Below, piece by piece: positions 26,008 through 39,414 of a stretch of 64,000 nt of DNA (positions within the stretch are counted from its first letter, which is position 1; every line of letters begins with the position of its first letter). Made by a program: the position numbers and the translations under genes. The notes under the pieces were generated by a model that was given only the letters and a program-made list of their open reading frames with translations, ran no database searches and had not been told where the DNA came from. Source of the stretch: Ptychomitrium polyphyllum (lineage: Eukaryota); assembly GCA_973851085.1 (NCBI GenBank), contig OZ316776.1:620001-684000 (forward strand), given 5' to 3'.

Positions 26008-27090
26008 ATTGCCAATTCAAGATGCACAAAATCCTCAATTGGCAGGTGACAAGGATTGCAATTCTTTGAACGCTTCCAACATTCTTATCCATCTTTGCCT
26101 TCAAGCAAAAACATACCACAAGACAATATATCTTTTATATGAAGAATTGTACACCTTACCTTGACATCAAGTGTTGCAAGCACCTCAGGCTGCAAATAAA
26201 CGTATTTCTTTTAAAGAATCTCTGCATTGAGGTTGATAAGCTCCACCATAGATACAAGCATAACGCAAAGTATCACAATGCTTAGTAATAGATAAGTTTT
26301 CCATAACCATACGCAAAGCCCTTTTGAAGAACTCTACTCAATCATGTAGACATTGAGTCCAAATGTCAAAGTCATTCAAGTCTACAACTCAAGCCAGCAT
26401 CTCACGTACTGAGCTAGGTAAAATATGCTCTTGTCTATACAATAATTGGTAAGGACAATAAGATGCTAAAGATGCTTGTCTACTAAAACAATAATCCATA
26501 GCAATCCACGGCAATATGAAGTTCCAATTACAAGGTTCTACAATGCAATTCATACTTCTGTAAACCACGCTTGACTGTATGAACAACTTGTTCTACCAAG
26601 CCGTCCGCCTTTGGAGGATCTCAAGAGGTGGTGCTATAATCAATTAGAACCTTAGTACATAAATCTTTAAAAGAACTAAGAAACTTTCTTCCTTGATTTG
26701 TCAACACCTCCACAGGTGCTCCAAAACGTGCCAAAACACAATCAAGAAAAACTATAGCTACTAACTTTAATGAGTTCTATGGTAGAGCCACAAGTTCAAT
26801 CCACTTGCTAAAATGCTCTATCATCACCAACACGTATTTAGCTCAAAGTGAAGTAACAATAAGCGGTCCGACAAAGTCTAATGACCAACGGTAGCTCAAA
26901 CTTATGATGGTAAAGGCTTCAATTGAGGTAGTAAAGTATAAAAAACTTGACCTGACACAATCACATACCTCACACCAAAAGACATAAATGATGACTTGCT
27001 GATACATGCCAATCCATCAATATTAGTTGCACAATATGGAATGTATCCAACGCACACCAAAATGTCCAAGCTCCTTGTGTGCCTAATAAA
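26008..27090 (-). mobile_element. Degenerate Gypsy integrase of the older, PHD-bearing element
   Basis: Minus-strand motifs HKELGHFGV, WSLDFVGPL, IEHFSKWIELVAL, FGAPVEVLTNQG, LPWIAMDYCFSRQASLASYCPYQLLY and CHLPIEDFVHLELA, which joins the PHD segment at 17904. Confidence 0.85.
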
Positions 27091-28319
27091 ACTCCACGCT
27101 AACTGGAAGGTATATTAGCTCATACAATCTTTTTTTTAATTTATCAATCATTTGAGTTTGCGTTTTATAATCCAATATATTTTTGTACCCTAATTCTTTA
27201 ATAGCTGAATTCCATCATTTATATAAAAAATTGTTCCATACTAAATTCCTATAGTATAGTCAAACTTTCAAAATTTATATCTGATTTATTATAGATTCAA
27301 ATGCCATGATTTAAATGGCATTGGAAAGCTAACAAAAAAGACTATAAGATTAGAATGTTATAAATAAAGTTGAAGAAAATCTAAGCTATTGATCAACATT
27401 TAGCTAAAGTTTATTGGATTTTCCAATTTCAACTTCCCACAACAAGGCTAATTTTCTAAATTCCATTACTAATTCACTACAATTCAAATTGAGTATTTCA
27501 AATGGCATTGAAAAGCTAACAATAAGGCCTACCATAATATGAAATAAAATAAATGACTAGATCCAAATTCAAGGACTGATCAGGGCGTGATTGTAGATTA
27601 CTCTAATTTTTACCCTTTTAAATCCTAGATACACACCTCCAAATCCTAAATCAGCAACTTTAACTTCAAAATCTCCAAAAATCTTCAAATAAGCAAACTC
27701 TACTTCTATCTTTGAAAAAAAATAAAATTTAAGCACAAAAAGAAAAAATAAGGAAATAGGTAAGAAATGAGAGAAGAATGAGAATATCTGATAAAAGAAA
27801 ATAAAAAAGACTTCCTTTAATCTGTCTCCTCCCTTCAACCTGTGCCAACTATTATAGAACTTTTTGACTAGCGTTGCCATGCCATAATGTTGCATCAACT
27901 TACTCCACCAATCTTAGCTACAATTCCAAGGCCTTTTAGCCTTAATTAACTAACACTTGACTATTTTCTAATCTAGTTTTAAACTCCTAATTTAATACTT
28001 ATTAGAGCTTATTTCTTGTTTTTCTATATCAAATAATGTCCACTTTCATTGGTGGAGGATTTCTCTACCTTCACCTAATTTAAATTCCTGTCTAATTTAA
28101 AATTACTAATCAATCTAAATTAAAAAAATTGTCTTTTTTTTCCTTAATTCAACCAGTTCCTTATTTCTAATAGATGTGATTTTCTAATAACTACCTAATT
28201 TCCATACTAAATTCCTTAAAAGCTAATTACTTTATAAATTGGGCCTTTTGGCCTTGCTTAGGCCTAATTCCAACTAATGACATCATATTTTATCAATTTT
28301 AAGCAAAAACAACAAAATA

Positions 28320-30560
28320 AACTCATTCTACAGCTTACAAGCATAGTTAGAATTCATTTAATAGGGAGCTTGGTGAGATCGGAAAATGGTAGTATTGAGG
28401 TGAATACAATGTTGGGCAATATGTGTTGGTATCTTTGTTAAATCCGTATAAATCCATGCAAAAATGTCCTTATATTTGCGGAAGAAGGCTTTAGCCTGAG
28501 TAGCTAAACTGTTAGGGATATCAATGTTCACTTTGATGGTAGAAGGGTTGTTGATAGTGCTAAGGTTTAAAAGGAAAAATTGAGATTCCTTAATAGTGTT
28601 CCATATTGCAATCTTGTGACGATCCAAAGTCTCCTTGATTGTTGTGGCATCAATTGGTATGGAATTTGGGATATGAGAGATGACCGTAAATGGATTGGCC
28701 AATTAAATTGGTTTATATAATTCAAAAAGAATAAAGGTACCAATTGGATGGAGGTAGTCTTTGGCAACAAGTAGTATGTCTTCTTCTTCATTGGTAATGC
28801 CTTGAACAAAGTTATAGGATACCAAAACATCAAGTGTTGTAGCTTTCAAACCAAGCTTAGGCTGAAGCAAGATGGTTTTGATTGTACCATTCCTTACAAT
28901 CTTGATTTTTTTACTTACCCAATCATGGATAATATGTGCATTTTCCAACCATGGTCTACTGAGAAGAATGAAATATATGGGCTAGATATTAGTATAGGTG
29001 ATGATGGTAAAAATGAGAATAAATTGTATATCATGGATGTAAATTTTGATATTTTGCAAGTCCTAGGGATAATTGAATGAGTTTTTGTAATAAAATGGAA
29101 ATATTATGCGTTTGGAGTTGTATACATACCTGTTGAATGATGGAAAGTGTTGGAACGTTGAGTTGTGGAAGATTGAGTGTCAACATGAAATGACTTTGGA
29201 ACTCTTATACACTGCAAGTCATTTGATTGCAAACATCCTTTGAAGTCTGTCAATTGATATCTATCAATGTATTTGGCAATAGGAGATTAGTAGCGACTGC
29301 TTGAATTTGATTTATTAGACCAACATGGCAAAATCCGATGGTTTATATTTGGAGGCAGGTGATGTTTGACGAGTTCTTGTTTCTTTTTGTGAATGAAGCG
29401 CTAGACTTCATCATCTTGATGTAAAGGACATTAATGGCTAGGATGATCCATGGATCCACACACATGACAAAAAAAGCATTATGTAGACTACATTGATTGA
29501 CAAATATCAATAGTGGCAAGATTTGGTAGTAACTTGACCTAATAAATGCTTGGAGGTTGTTGGCGTTGTTTAGCATAAGTACTTTCAAAATTCTTATAAC
29601 AAGAGTTCCAAGTGTGATTTAAGCGATTGAAACTAGTACAAAGTTGAAGAGGAGGATATGATTAGTTGAAAGCATTAGGCAGCTGTGGAGAAGGTTTTGG
29701 AAGTCGCGCTTTGACGAGTTGAGCAAACCTACCAGCATCTATGAAAGTGTTCTTCAAAAGGCTTGTTATAGCAACTTGAATGAATTCCCGAAGTCTTGCC
29801 CGAAAGGTGCTTAGCATAAATGTTTCATTAAATGGATTGGTTAAATAGAACTTCAAGTTCTAATAGACGTTCAACAAAGTCTTCTACCAATTTAGATGGT
29901 TTGTGTCGCATAGTGCGGAAGTAAATATAAGTTTGGTAATTGGTTTTAATCAACCGGTATCATTTTTTAATGCAGAGATGAGGTCATTTAGATTCTCATA
30001 TGGAAATTGGATGCAATGGAATGTAAAGTAGGTAGATTTTTTGTCAGTAAAGATACTACCAAATAGCTCTAGTTGGACAAGTAGATTAATTCACCATTTA
30101 AAGTAAGTGCCAATAAGAACTTTTGACATTAACATTTATGGCATTTTCTGGTCTGGTAATTGGGATATAAAAGAGCCTTTTTAATAGGAGGATGGATGAA
30201 AGGGTGTATTATGGATGAAGGTGGAATTAATGGTGGAACTACCGCATGGTATCGTGGTCTAATAATATCTGGTACAAAAGGTAGGGAAGTGAAAAGAAGA
30301 GAAGATGGAAGATATTGTAAAAAAATTGGTTCAATATTTGGTAGATTCCACGAGTAGAATAAATCAAAGTTGTGATTTAGAGATGGTGGATTGGCGGTAG
30401 TAAAGAAGGAATTAGTGATAGGGCTATTGAAAAGACCTTCTGGATGTAATATTTGGAAAGAGTGTACAGCTAGATTAGCCATAAATTTGTGCCAATAAAA
30501 CGATACTTGTAATATAGATTGTATGCCTAAAGAGGATGGCATTTGTACTAAGAGAAAACC
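28320..30560 (-). mobile_element. Degenerate Gypsy gag-protease-RT start, probably the same older element
   Basis: Motifs FRKYKDIFAWIYTDL...IAQHCIHL...HQAPY-MNSNYA (RT N-terminus), LLSRPWLENAHIIHDW (protease C-terminus) and gag-like TFRARLREFIQVA. Most of RT/RNase H is missing. Confidence 0.75.
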
Positions 30561-31679
30561 GTCATTTTCACGTGTCCATCAATTAAGTGGGATTTGGAAT
30601 GGAGCACTAAGCTGCCAAACGTGTTTCTGGAGAAATGAAAGGTCATTTTAAAGATTACGTGGAGAGTGTGTGTATATATTAATTACATGGTGGATTTAGT
30701 AGTTGTGCAAAGTAAGGGCGCGGATGGGAATGGAAAATGGAAAATATTTTTGGCAGTTCTAGAACGCTAGGTATTTTGTAGTAGATCCATTGGTAAAGGT
30801 TGAGGGAAGGAGGAATTGATAAAAGTAGGAAACCAAAGTTCTAGAGAATAAAAAGTACGTGTTAGGTGTAAGTCAATATATTGCGTAGAAGTAAGTTCTA
30901 AAGGAGGTGGAGCTCCTTGTGTACAGATGTGAGGGCAGCTCATAAAGTTTGGACAAGTAGACTTTAGAAAATGAAGCAAGATCCTGCAAAAAGTTGGATT
31001 TGTGATAGGCGATATTGGTGTTTATATAGATTAAAGCTTTTATTGTTATACAACAAATAAAACTATCATATTTGAATTGAATGGATCGAGATAGAAATTC
31101 TTATGAAAGAATGTATTGGAGACTATTATTGCATATAAGAAATAGTTAGCAAATAGAATTGTAAAAATGATGCGGAACAAGATAAAACTATTTAAAACAT
31201 TGTATAGTTTCCAAATGTTAAGGCCGGTAACTACCAAGTAATCAAAGACTTAGTAGTTCCTTATTGAAGAATTTTGATCAAGGAAAAACAATCTACACAA
31301 ATTTATAATTGATACCATCGAATGGAAGAGACATAGTAGTATTGAAAATCAAATTATAAAAATACTATAGAACTTGCTAGAATGGAAGAACATACATAAG
31401 AAACATTTATTCTAAAATGAAGTTGATGAAAAGATTGGAGTATGGAGTGTATAACTTGTTTCATAGAAAAAGAAAAATACAACACATTGTCAATTCTCTT
31501 AGTTGAGGGTTTAAATACTAGATTCAAGATCCTATAAAAATAAATTTACATCTATTTGTTTAAACTAATAGACAACTATTATCATCTGGTAGTTACCATT
31601 GGAAGATGTCTGATAGTACCGGGTATAACACCCGGTAGTCTTGTAACAATCATTCCATAATAAAAATGGCTAGCTATCT

Positions 31680-31990
31680 TATTCATGAAAACTCATTATC
31701 TAAATTGATGTAGTCTGAGGCCATTAAAGTGGCATGTTACAAGCTTAATAGAATATTTACTTTATTAATACCTTATAAAACACTAGAAGAAGTTTTTTGT
31801 ATGCTACAAATAAAACAACTTTCACCTTTGCATCTTCAAACTTGAAAAATATGTCCAAGTTTCTAAATACTTATGTGACAAACGGAATCAAAATTACAAT
31901 ACCATATCTTCTTTAAATAAGATGAGATTAAAAAAGATACAAATGTCATGATCATTTATCAAAGAATATCTTAATGTGTTACCATTTGAT
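31680..31990 (+). mobile_element. Ty1/Copia integrase C-terminal relic
   Basis: Decayed LM*SEAIKVACYKLNR...PYKTLEEVF and ...DEIKK-YKCHD resemble the Copia WAEAxxTAxYLxNR / KGYRCYD motifs. Confidence 0.5.
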
Positions 31991-33591
31991 ATGTCCACTA
32001 TACCATAGTTTCACTAAACAACCTCCTAAATTACTTTAATATTTCCCAATTTCTTAACTCATCTATGTTTTCATCAACAACTTTACCAAATAATATTATT
32101 ATTTGTTCTTTTGTCCTTTGTCCAAACAACTCTAAGTTATCTCTTATAAAACCCTCACAATCTAAATTAATTTTGCTCTCTTTTCATCTAAGCCCACCCT
32201 CATTTGAAAGGCCACCTCCTTTTATTGAACAATTCTTTCAGCTTATTAAGTCTCCACCTTGATTCTTACCATCATTCAAAATCTATAGACATAGCATCAA
32301 TGCCACTTCGGCAACCAGCGGGTTGCAGTGTATTCACATTGAATGAAAGGATAGTTATGACCGTAAAAATTGAAGTTTGACAACGATGCAGATGAGAGTT
32401 CTAGATCGGTAGATTCTATAATCTGCACAACTTATAGTATTATTGTGGGGCTACACTGCTCAAACAACTTCCGAAAGTCCAAAAGACCACAAGGTGCAAT
32501 ATACAGCTTTTGAGACGAAAGTGAGCAGATAGGTATAAACTATTCGGTAGCACCTGCGCACTTCTCGTAACATGCCGGTTGTTCAACTTTTCAGAATCTG
32601 CCAAGTAGTGCTTTAGTTTGACATAGAAGAATGACAGTATTGCATCTAATAATCTTGCTGTGATCGGAAGTCACTTCACTTCTATGAATGGGACGTCCCT
32701 AGGTAAGCATATCCAAATCTTTCGGGTTGGCACAACTGTAATTGTAATTGTAATTGTTTGCAACTTTTAGAGTAGTGCCATTTTTACACACCACGGTCAC
32801 CACTGCATCCTTCAAATGTTGTTCGAAGAGCTTTCAACGAGATTCGGAGGTCACGGTGCAGGAGCATCACCAACGAGAGCACACAAGAAGTCTGTAGAAA
32901 TTTACTTCATCCAAGACTACTCTGACTTTCAAATAGTCCAGGGTTTAGGATCCTTTTACCCAACTTCGGAAGATTCTTCACCTTATGAAACAAGGGCCTC
33001 AAATAGGAAGACATATGTACTTCTTAAATGACAGAATATGTATGCTGTTGAAGCACTGTGATCATCTTATATTTGAAATGATCTCAACTGTGACAACACC
33101 AACTTTTGCACACGAATATGGATCTACACCAATACCTTAATCAGCTCCACCTGATAGAATGCAAAGAATGGCATGATTGCTTCTCCATCTTTCCAAATTA
33201 AATTGACGGCCAAGACCAAGACAAAATCAAGTACTCTTTAGAGTCTTCGAAACATGAACTCCAATTGTAAAGAACCATTCTAATTGCTTAACATCCGCAT
33301 TGCTTCAACACAACACATTCATGTCATCATGATAAGTACGGAATCCAACTCATGAATCTACTCTGATCTTCGACAATCTTAGTCTCGGGATACAACTTTA
33401 CACCTCATCCGTTTCTATTGACGCAACTCCGGAAGTACTCCTTCAACACAACCTTAACAACAAATCGCAAACGAAACGTGGATCCATACTAAAACTACTA
33501 AAATCCTAGGTTCAACCATGAAAATCAGCAAGCACTCATTGAACAAACGCAAAGAAGTAATGCCATGAAGAACCATTTCCCCCCATGATAC

Positions 33592-33643
33592 AGTACTCTA
33601 AGTCATGACCAAATATAAGTACTCTAAGTCATGACCAAATATA
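33592..33643. repeat. Perfect 26-bp tandem duplication
   Basis: agtactctaagtcatgaccaaatata, two copies. Confidence 0.9.
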
Positions 33644-33946
33644 ATCCCCAAACGTTGGGAAATCTTTATATCACTTGATGTCTTCACAGGTTCTATTATT
33701 CTATACACCACACTCAACTCATCCTGATGAGTACAAAAACAAAACTCTTGGCTCTACTCCGTGCCATAACCTATCGCAAATTCTTATCTACAGCATACAC
33801 ACCCGATACTTACTTTAAAACTGCAGATGCAGCACTAGCAGTGCTCCTTCATCGCCAGTATTACAAATGAAAACGCTTCCTTTCAACGTGATCATCATCA
33901 ATACACAAGTCAAGCTCAGCTGTGACGACGGAAAACCCTCCACTTC

Positions 33947-34879
33947 CTAATTTGCAATCAATGAGTCCGCCCACTCCATCTCTGACTCTGACCCCGCAGA
34001 TCCAGAATCAACCCATCCCCCTGACCCTCCAGAATCCGCCGCGCTTCCATCACCGCAAGAACTCGACACCCATGCGAGTCCAGAATCACAGTCCGCGTTT
34101 CCGCTACTGCAAGAATGTGATACCCATGCAAGTCCAGAATCATCCTCTGCGCTTCCGTCACCGCATGAATCCAACACCCATGCGTGTCTAGAATCACCAA
34201 ACACGCTTCCATCACCGCAAGAATCCGACATCCATGGAAGTCCAAATTCAATCTCCCCTCGACACAGATCCCACATCTCCAACAATGATAAACCAGAATC
34301 AAGCCCGACTCCATCCATCCGCGTCTCCGAGTATGCGAATCCAGGTTCAATGTCCGGCGGTCCATTAACCAAAGCCTCCAACTCCAACCCAACGTGTTCA
34401 TCATCAGCCCCCTCTTCGACGTGCTCCATCACGTCTACACCATCTACCCGTGACTGAAACTCACATCGATCGCTTGCAAGCTCCGAAATTATCTCCACCT
34501 CGCCTCTCAGAGCGAATAAAGTAGGATGCGTCAATTGGTCAAGAGACTCCAGTCCTGTCATCTTCGATGCCTTGGCTGCTCGCTTTGCAGTCTGCGTAGC
34601 AGCCTTCTTGTCTGCCCTCGCGGCCTTCCTCGCAGCCTTCGCAGCCTTCGCTGTCCTCCTTGTGATCATCTTCGTCACCCCCTTCTTTCTCGAAGCCAGT
34701 CGAATACTGCCCCCATAAGTAAACTGTCGGTCGCATGCATTGCAGCCGTAGCGAGGTTGCGTAAACCTCGCTTTGCGAATGTTGTTGTAGTAGCGCCATC
34801 GGATGTCCGTAGACCCGCAGTCGGGATGAGGGCAAGTCTTGACGATGCCCACCAACTCCGTAGGCTCCTGGATCTTCAT
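33947..34879 (-). CDS. Atypical Dof-like C2C2 zinc-finger protein, 310 aa, single exon
   Basis: CPHPDCGSTDIRWRYYNNIRKARFTQPRYGCNACDRQFTYGGSIR aligns with the Dof consensus CPRCxSxxTKFCYYNNYxxxQPRxFCxxCxRYWTxGGxxR. A basic K/A-rich segment, an acidic region and 18-aa repeats follow. Confidence 0.8.
   Translation of the reverse strand: MKIQEPTELVGIVKTCPHPDCGSTDIRWRYYNNIRKARFTQPRYGCNACDRQFTYGGSIRLASRKKGVTKMITRRTAKAAKAARKAARADKKAATQTAKRAAKASKMTGLESLDQLTHPTLFALRGEVEIISELASDRCEFQSRVDGVDVMEHVEEGADDEHVGLELEALVNGPPDIEPGFAYSETRMDGVGLDSGLSLLEMWDLCRGEIEFGLPWMSDSCGDGSVFGDSRHAWVLDSCGDGSAEDDSGLAWVSHSCSSGNADCDSGLAWVSSSCGDGSAADSGGSGGWVDSGSAGSESEMEWADSLIAN
34030..34242. repeat. Four 51-54 bp coding tandem repeats in the Dof-like gene
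   Basis: Units start at ~34030, 34081, 34135 and 34189 (cagaatca...cccatgc.agtc) and encode DSGLAWVSxSCGDGS-type 18-mers. Confidence 0.9.
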
Positions 34880-36244
34880 GGCGCAGTCTGTCTAGAAACT
34901 CTACCTACAGCTTTCGCAACAATGCCCTACAAACAGCAAACGAGCACTGGCGGCGGTGGCGCAAGTGATCAGAGGCTCACAGTGAATGCAAGGAGGACCG
35001 CCACCAGTTGGGGCGAAGCCTAAACTTATGCAAGCCTAAGGAGATGGCAGGATGAATGCTGAATATGGATGATACATACCACTGAGAAATATACTTGGAG
35101 TGAGTTCCATGCAACAAAGGTAATTTTTAACAAAGGCTGTCCTTGAATTTCTCAAAAATGGAAAATACCTATTTAGCAAGAGTCTCATTCCACAGCCTCC
35201 AATCAATACCTACGTAAGTCAAAGATGGCCTAATATTCCATGTTTTTACAAATTTGACACATTTTTTACTACAAATAAGAAATTACACTTCAGTGTGATG
35301 TGAAAATCACACAGAACAAATCATCAAATAAGTAATAAAAATAGGTCATTTGTCCAACAATAAGGTTGTTAAGATATAAATACAATTGAAATTGGCACCT
35401 AAAATTGGCATATAAAATGGATTGTGATATTGGTAATATTAGCTTTGTTAATTTCTTCAGCAATGGCCTCCTACCACCTAAAACAAATAAAAGATATTCT
35501 TATTCATATATTTATTATTATACTATTAAATTTCAAATTTATTCATGATCTTCATTAAACAAATTTTTACATCCATTAAAGGTAGATTCAATCTTGTTTT
35601 AAATAATAATGTCGATTATTTGAAAAGTTTTTTTTAAAAAAATTTAATAAGGTAAGAATTTAAATTTTGAACAAAATGTATACTTGCCTTTATTAAATGC
35701 ATCAATATGATTTACTATTCTCCAAATTTGAAGCAATGAAAACCTATGACAATTCCCATAGTTTGTTGAAAATGTGCATTGGCCACAAGTACCAATCATC
35801 ACCTTAATTTTTTTCATAAGTATCATTTTATTGTATAGAGGACAAAGAAATTGGAGTATAAATAGGATATATTTAAGGATACTTCTACTTAAAGCTATTA
35901 AAATAGTCTAAAGTATAATAAATACCTTAATTGCAGAGATTTTTCAAAAGAAATTATGTACACTTATAAAGTGAAGCATCCACTATTCTTAATGCCAAGG
36001 CAAAACACACTATTTAATGTGTAAAGGATGTAATCTTCAATAAATTTTTGTTACTGAAAAGCAAAAATGGATGCAAGCATTTGAGAGCATTTTAGAACTT
36101 ATACTCCATAACATCTTTCTATTGATGGTACCATGTATCTTAATATTGTGTGCTAAAAACAATAATATTTCATGATTCTTTGACCATGGTTTTTTATCAG
36201 TGAAAAGGATCCATATTGTAATCAAGGTTTGGAGATATAAATGG

Positions 36245-37389
36245 CGTTGCAATCCTTGCAATGCACCTTAACAAACATCACGCATACCAACCCTGTATAC
36301 TCATACATGCACATGGTTAACTTCCATTTTCATTCTCCAAGCCCCAAGCTTGGTTTTCAATTCTTACTATTCATTTCTCTTAAGACATCTAATTGGTTGA
36401 TAACCAATGGTTAGGTGCAAACTTCCATTCATATCCAAGGCCTCACTTGGTGTTATTACCATTTCACACGGCCTAACCACACTTAGTAGTGTCTCCTTAC
36501 CACCACTTATGATTCCTATGCAATCCCACAATCACCTTAGGCCACCATCCTGTTGGCATAAAAACACCACCCCAACATAATAACAGCTTACGTACACTTA
36601 AGAACTCACTGGTTCCTTTTGTGAAACAGGTCATCCACCGACTCACAATGGTATAGGAGTTCTCGTGGTCAGGCTCCAATAGTAGCTCCATCTACTGGGA
36701 CTCACCCTTGATTACTACGAAGACACTATAGAAGTGGGGAGGGGGACCAGCCCTCTTTATAGTATTCTCTATGGAATTTGGCAAGCCTCCTAACCTTTTA
36801 TAGTTGGTTGAACTCCAACACACCCAAAACTTTGGAAGCCCACCCAATCCTCCTTAGGACTTAACCGCTAGGAGCCTTCAAAACTTCCTATGGATCTTTA
36901 AGGACCTATATTTTTCATGTCCAGGCTTCAAATCTATCAAGCAACCACTCTATCGTCATTTGCTCTTTGCGTAAGTGCCAATAGAATCCTCAAACATTTG
37001 ATTTGAGTTAGTCTTCTAGAAGATATGCCTCTCTCAAGGTTTGGGACTTCCAGGGAGTTTCGACTTGCACTATCCTAGTCCAGCCACAGTTCAGAACAAC
37101 CCCTAGACAGCCTCAACTTTGGGGTTCCATATCTTTTAGCTTCTTTGTCCAATTTGAGCAATCCTTAGCATTCTAGAATCAACTCATCATGTGGCATTTA
37201 ACGCCTATGACTTCTTATTTGTGGCTCTTAGTCTTTCTGGGCAAGGATGTTCCTCCCCCTTGGGATCTTTTTCCACACTAGGTTCACTCATGTTACTTTA
37301 CCATCCGCACCACAAGTCCTAGACGTCACTCCAGGATCCCCCTTGTGCTCTTAGTGTTGCGGGTACTGCTCAAAGAGAGGTGCGCGACA
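36245..37389. mobile_element. Solo LTR (family B)
   Basis: cgttgca...gcgcgaca with a perfect TSD aatgg/aatgg. Homologous to 19384-20547 but more CpG-depleted. Confidence 0.92.
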
Positions 37390-39414
37390 AATGGTATACA
37401 ACTACATTAAAAGCTACACAGAACGTTCATTTTTGGAAATTATTTGAATGATTTTTAATTTAATAATAAAGAAATATTATCAATAAATAGATTTTTTCTT
37501 TTTAACTTATTTTTTCCTAAATATAAGTATTGAAGCAAAATGTCTCTTCTTTTTGAAACTTTGATTATTAGTTTAATCATAAATTAATAGAAATTGATTA
37601 TCTTCAAATATTATTCAACGAAGTATAGTGACATCAAATATAAGATTTCATAAATGTTGAATTTATTAAAAAACTTAATAATTGCATTTACTAAATTACT
37701 TTGTATTTCTTTTTGTGTCAAATTCATATTTTGTAACACATGCATACATATTTTAATGCTTTATTAATGGCTTTAAGATGACAAATTTGATTTTATAAGA
37801 TAGCTTTAAATTTAAAAAATATGTAATATGAAGAAATGCATAATAGGCTTTTTTTGCAAACCATTTATTTTTCATTCTTTAAATATCCAAGGACATATTA
37901 TACTTTCTCATGAAACCATCTAAGGTTGATGAAGATATGCTTAATAGAATTTCTTTGCACACCATATAAAACTGTTGAAGCCTTAATTGGCAATAACTAA
38001 TTAGAATATTGCTACTCACATATATGTAAGTAAGAAGAAAGCTAGTTAGAGAGATAGGCTTGCATTGTTCTCAAAGATATTAAAAACTGTGATGTAATGT
38101 ATTTGTTAAGTGACCACAATAAAGAAAGTTGATTTTCAAATGAAAACATACAATATTTTGTTACGAAGTTTTCACAAAAACTCTACAAAACCACATTAAA
38201 CGCCATATTCTGAGTTGAATTTAATATTGCTAACAAGCTAAACTACATCACAAAATGATGGATACTTTAGATGATGGTAGAACTCAAATGCCAATTTAAA
38301 CTAACAAAAGTGGTCAAATCAACTCTATAAAAGAATGAGAAGTTTTTAATATCAAGGATGTTAAAACATTTAAAAAAACAGTTGAAAGTTTCTTACCCTT
38401 ATGTACGCATCATCAAAATTCCTCTTTATTTCTAAATAATTTCATAATTCTTCTTCTAAATCTCTAAATCTACCTATAAATCTCTAAATCTACCTATAAG
38501 GCATATATTTAAATTTGTTTTCTACCCAAATAGAAGAATGAACAATCAGATCTCAAATTATTGTATTTAGCTCATATGTTTGTATCATTGAAGACTTCTA
38601 CATAAAGACATTCGGTTTTAAAATAATAATTTTTAGCATATATAATAGTAGAAATAAACATAGAATAGAATAGATTTAGAATCTATAATAATAAGATCAT
38701 GCCTTTCCCAAAAACAGGTTGATTTAGACTCATTTTGATAGAACTAACAAATGTATTATCAAAATACTTGTTGTATGTTCAATGACGTCATATGTAAAGG
38801 TACACATAAAGTGAAGTCACGCAGTATTCTCACCATCATTCTTCTGAAAACTGAAGGTTTCAGAACTCAAGGCTCTGTTTGAGTTTAAAATGACCACTCT
38901 CACGCTTTAAAAAGTTCAAAAGTCAATACTTTCATTCACGTTTCCAAATGATGGATATACTATGATCTACCAACTTACACTGCAAATGTAAAAGTAACTC
39001 CATAAACACACCAAGAGCAGAAACAAATCCTACAATACACTTTCACACAAACTAAACCATACAAACTAGCTGGCTCAATGCAAGCTTACATCAAGCTCAG
39101 ACAATCTAACTCAAGGTCAGCGGCTAGCCAAAGAGCACCCATCACTAAATGCTGAAACGAGCTGGGATGAAAATCCAAAAGATCATCACAACAACATGAC
39201 GATCGACCTGCCACACACATTGCCCACGCCGACAGTACACATCTAACATGGACGTCACTCGGTAACAACCTCCAGAGTAACACCTACTTATGCTCGTCCA
39301 AATTAAATACACTGTCCAAAAATTTATGGAACCTGTTTCTGTTCTCTACGCGAGTCAACAAAAGCAGCACAAGGAAATGCTCTTGAGAAAAGGCTTATGA
39401 CGAACCATCAGCCC

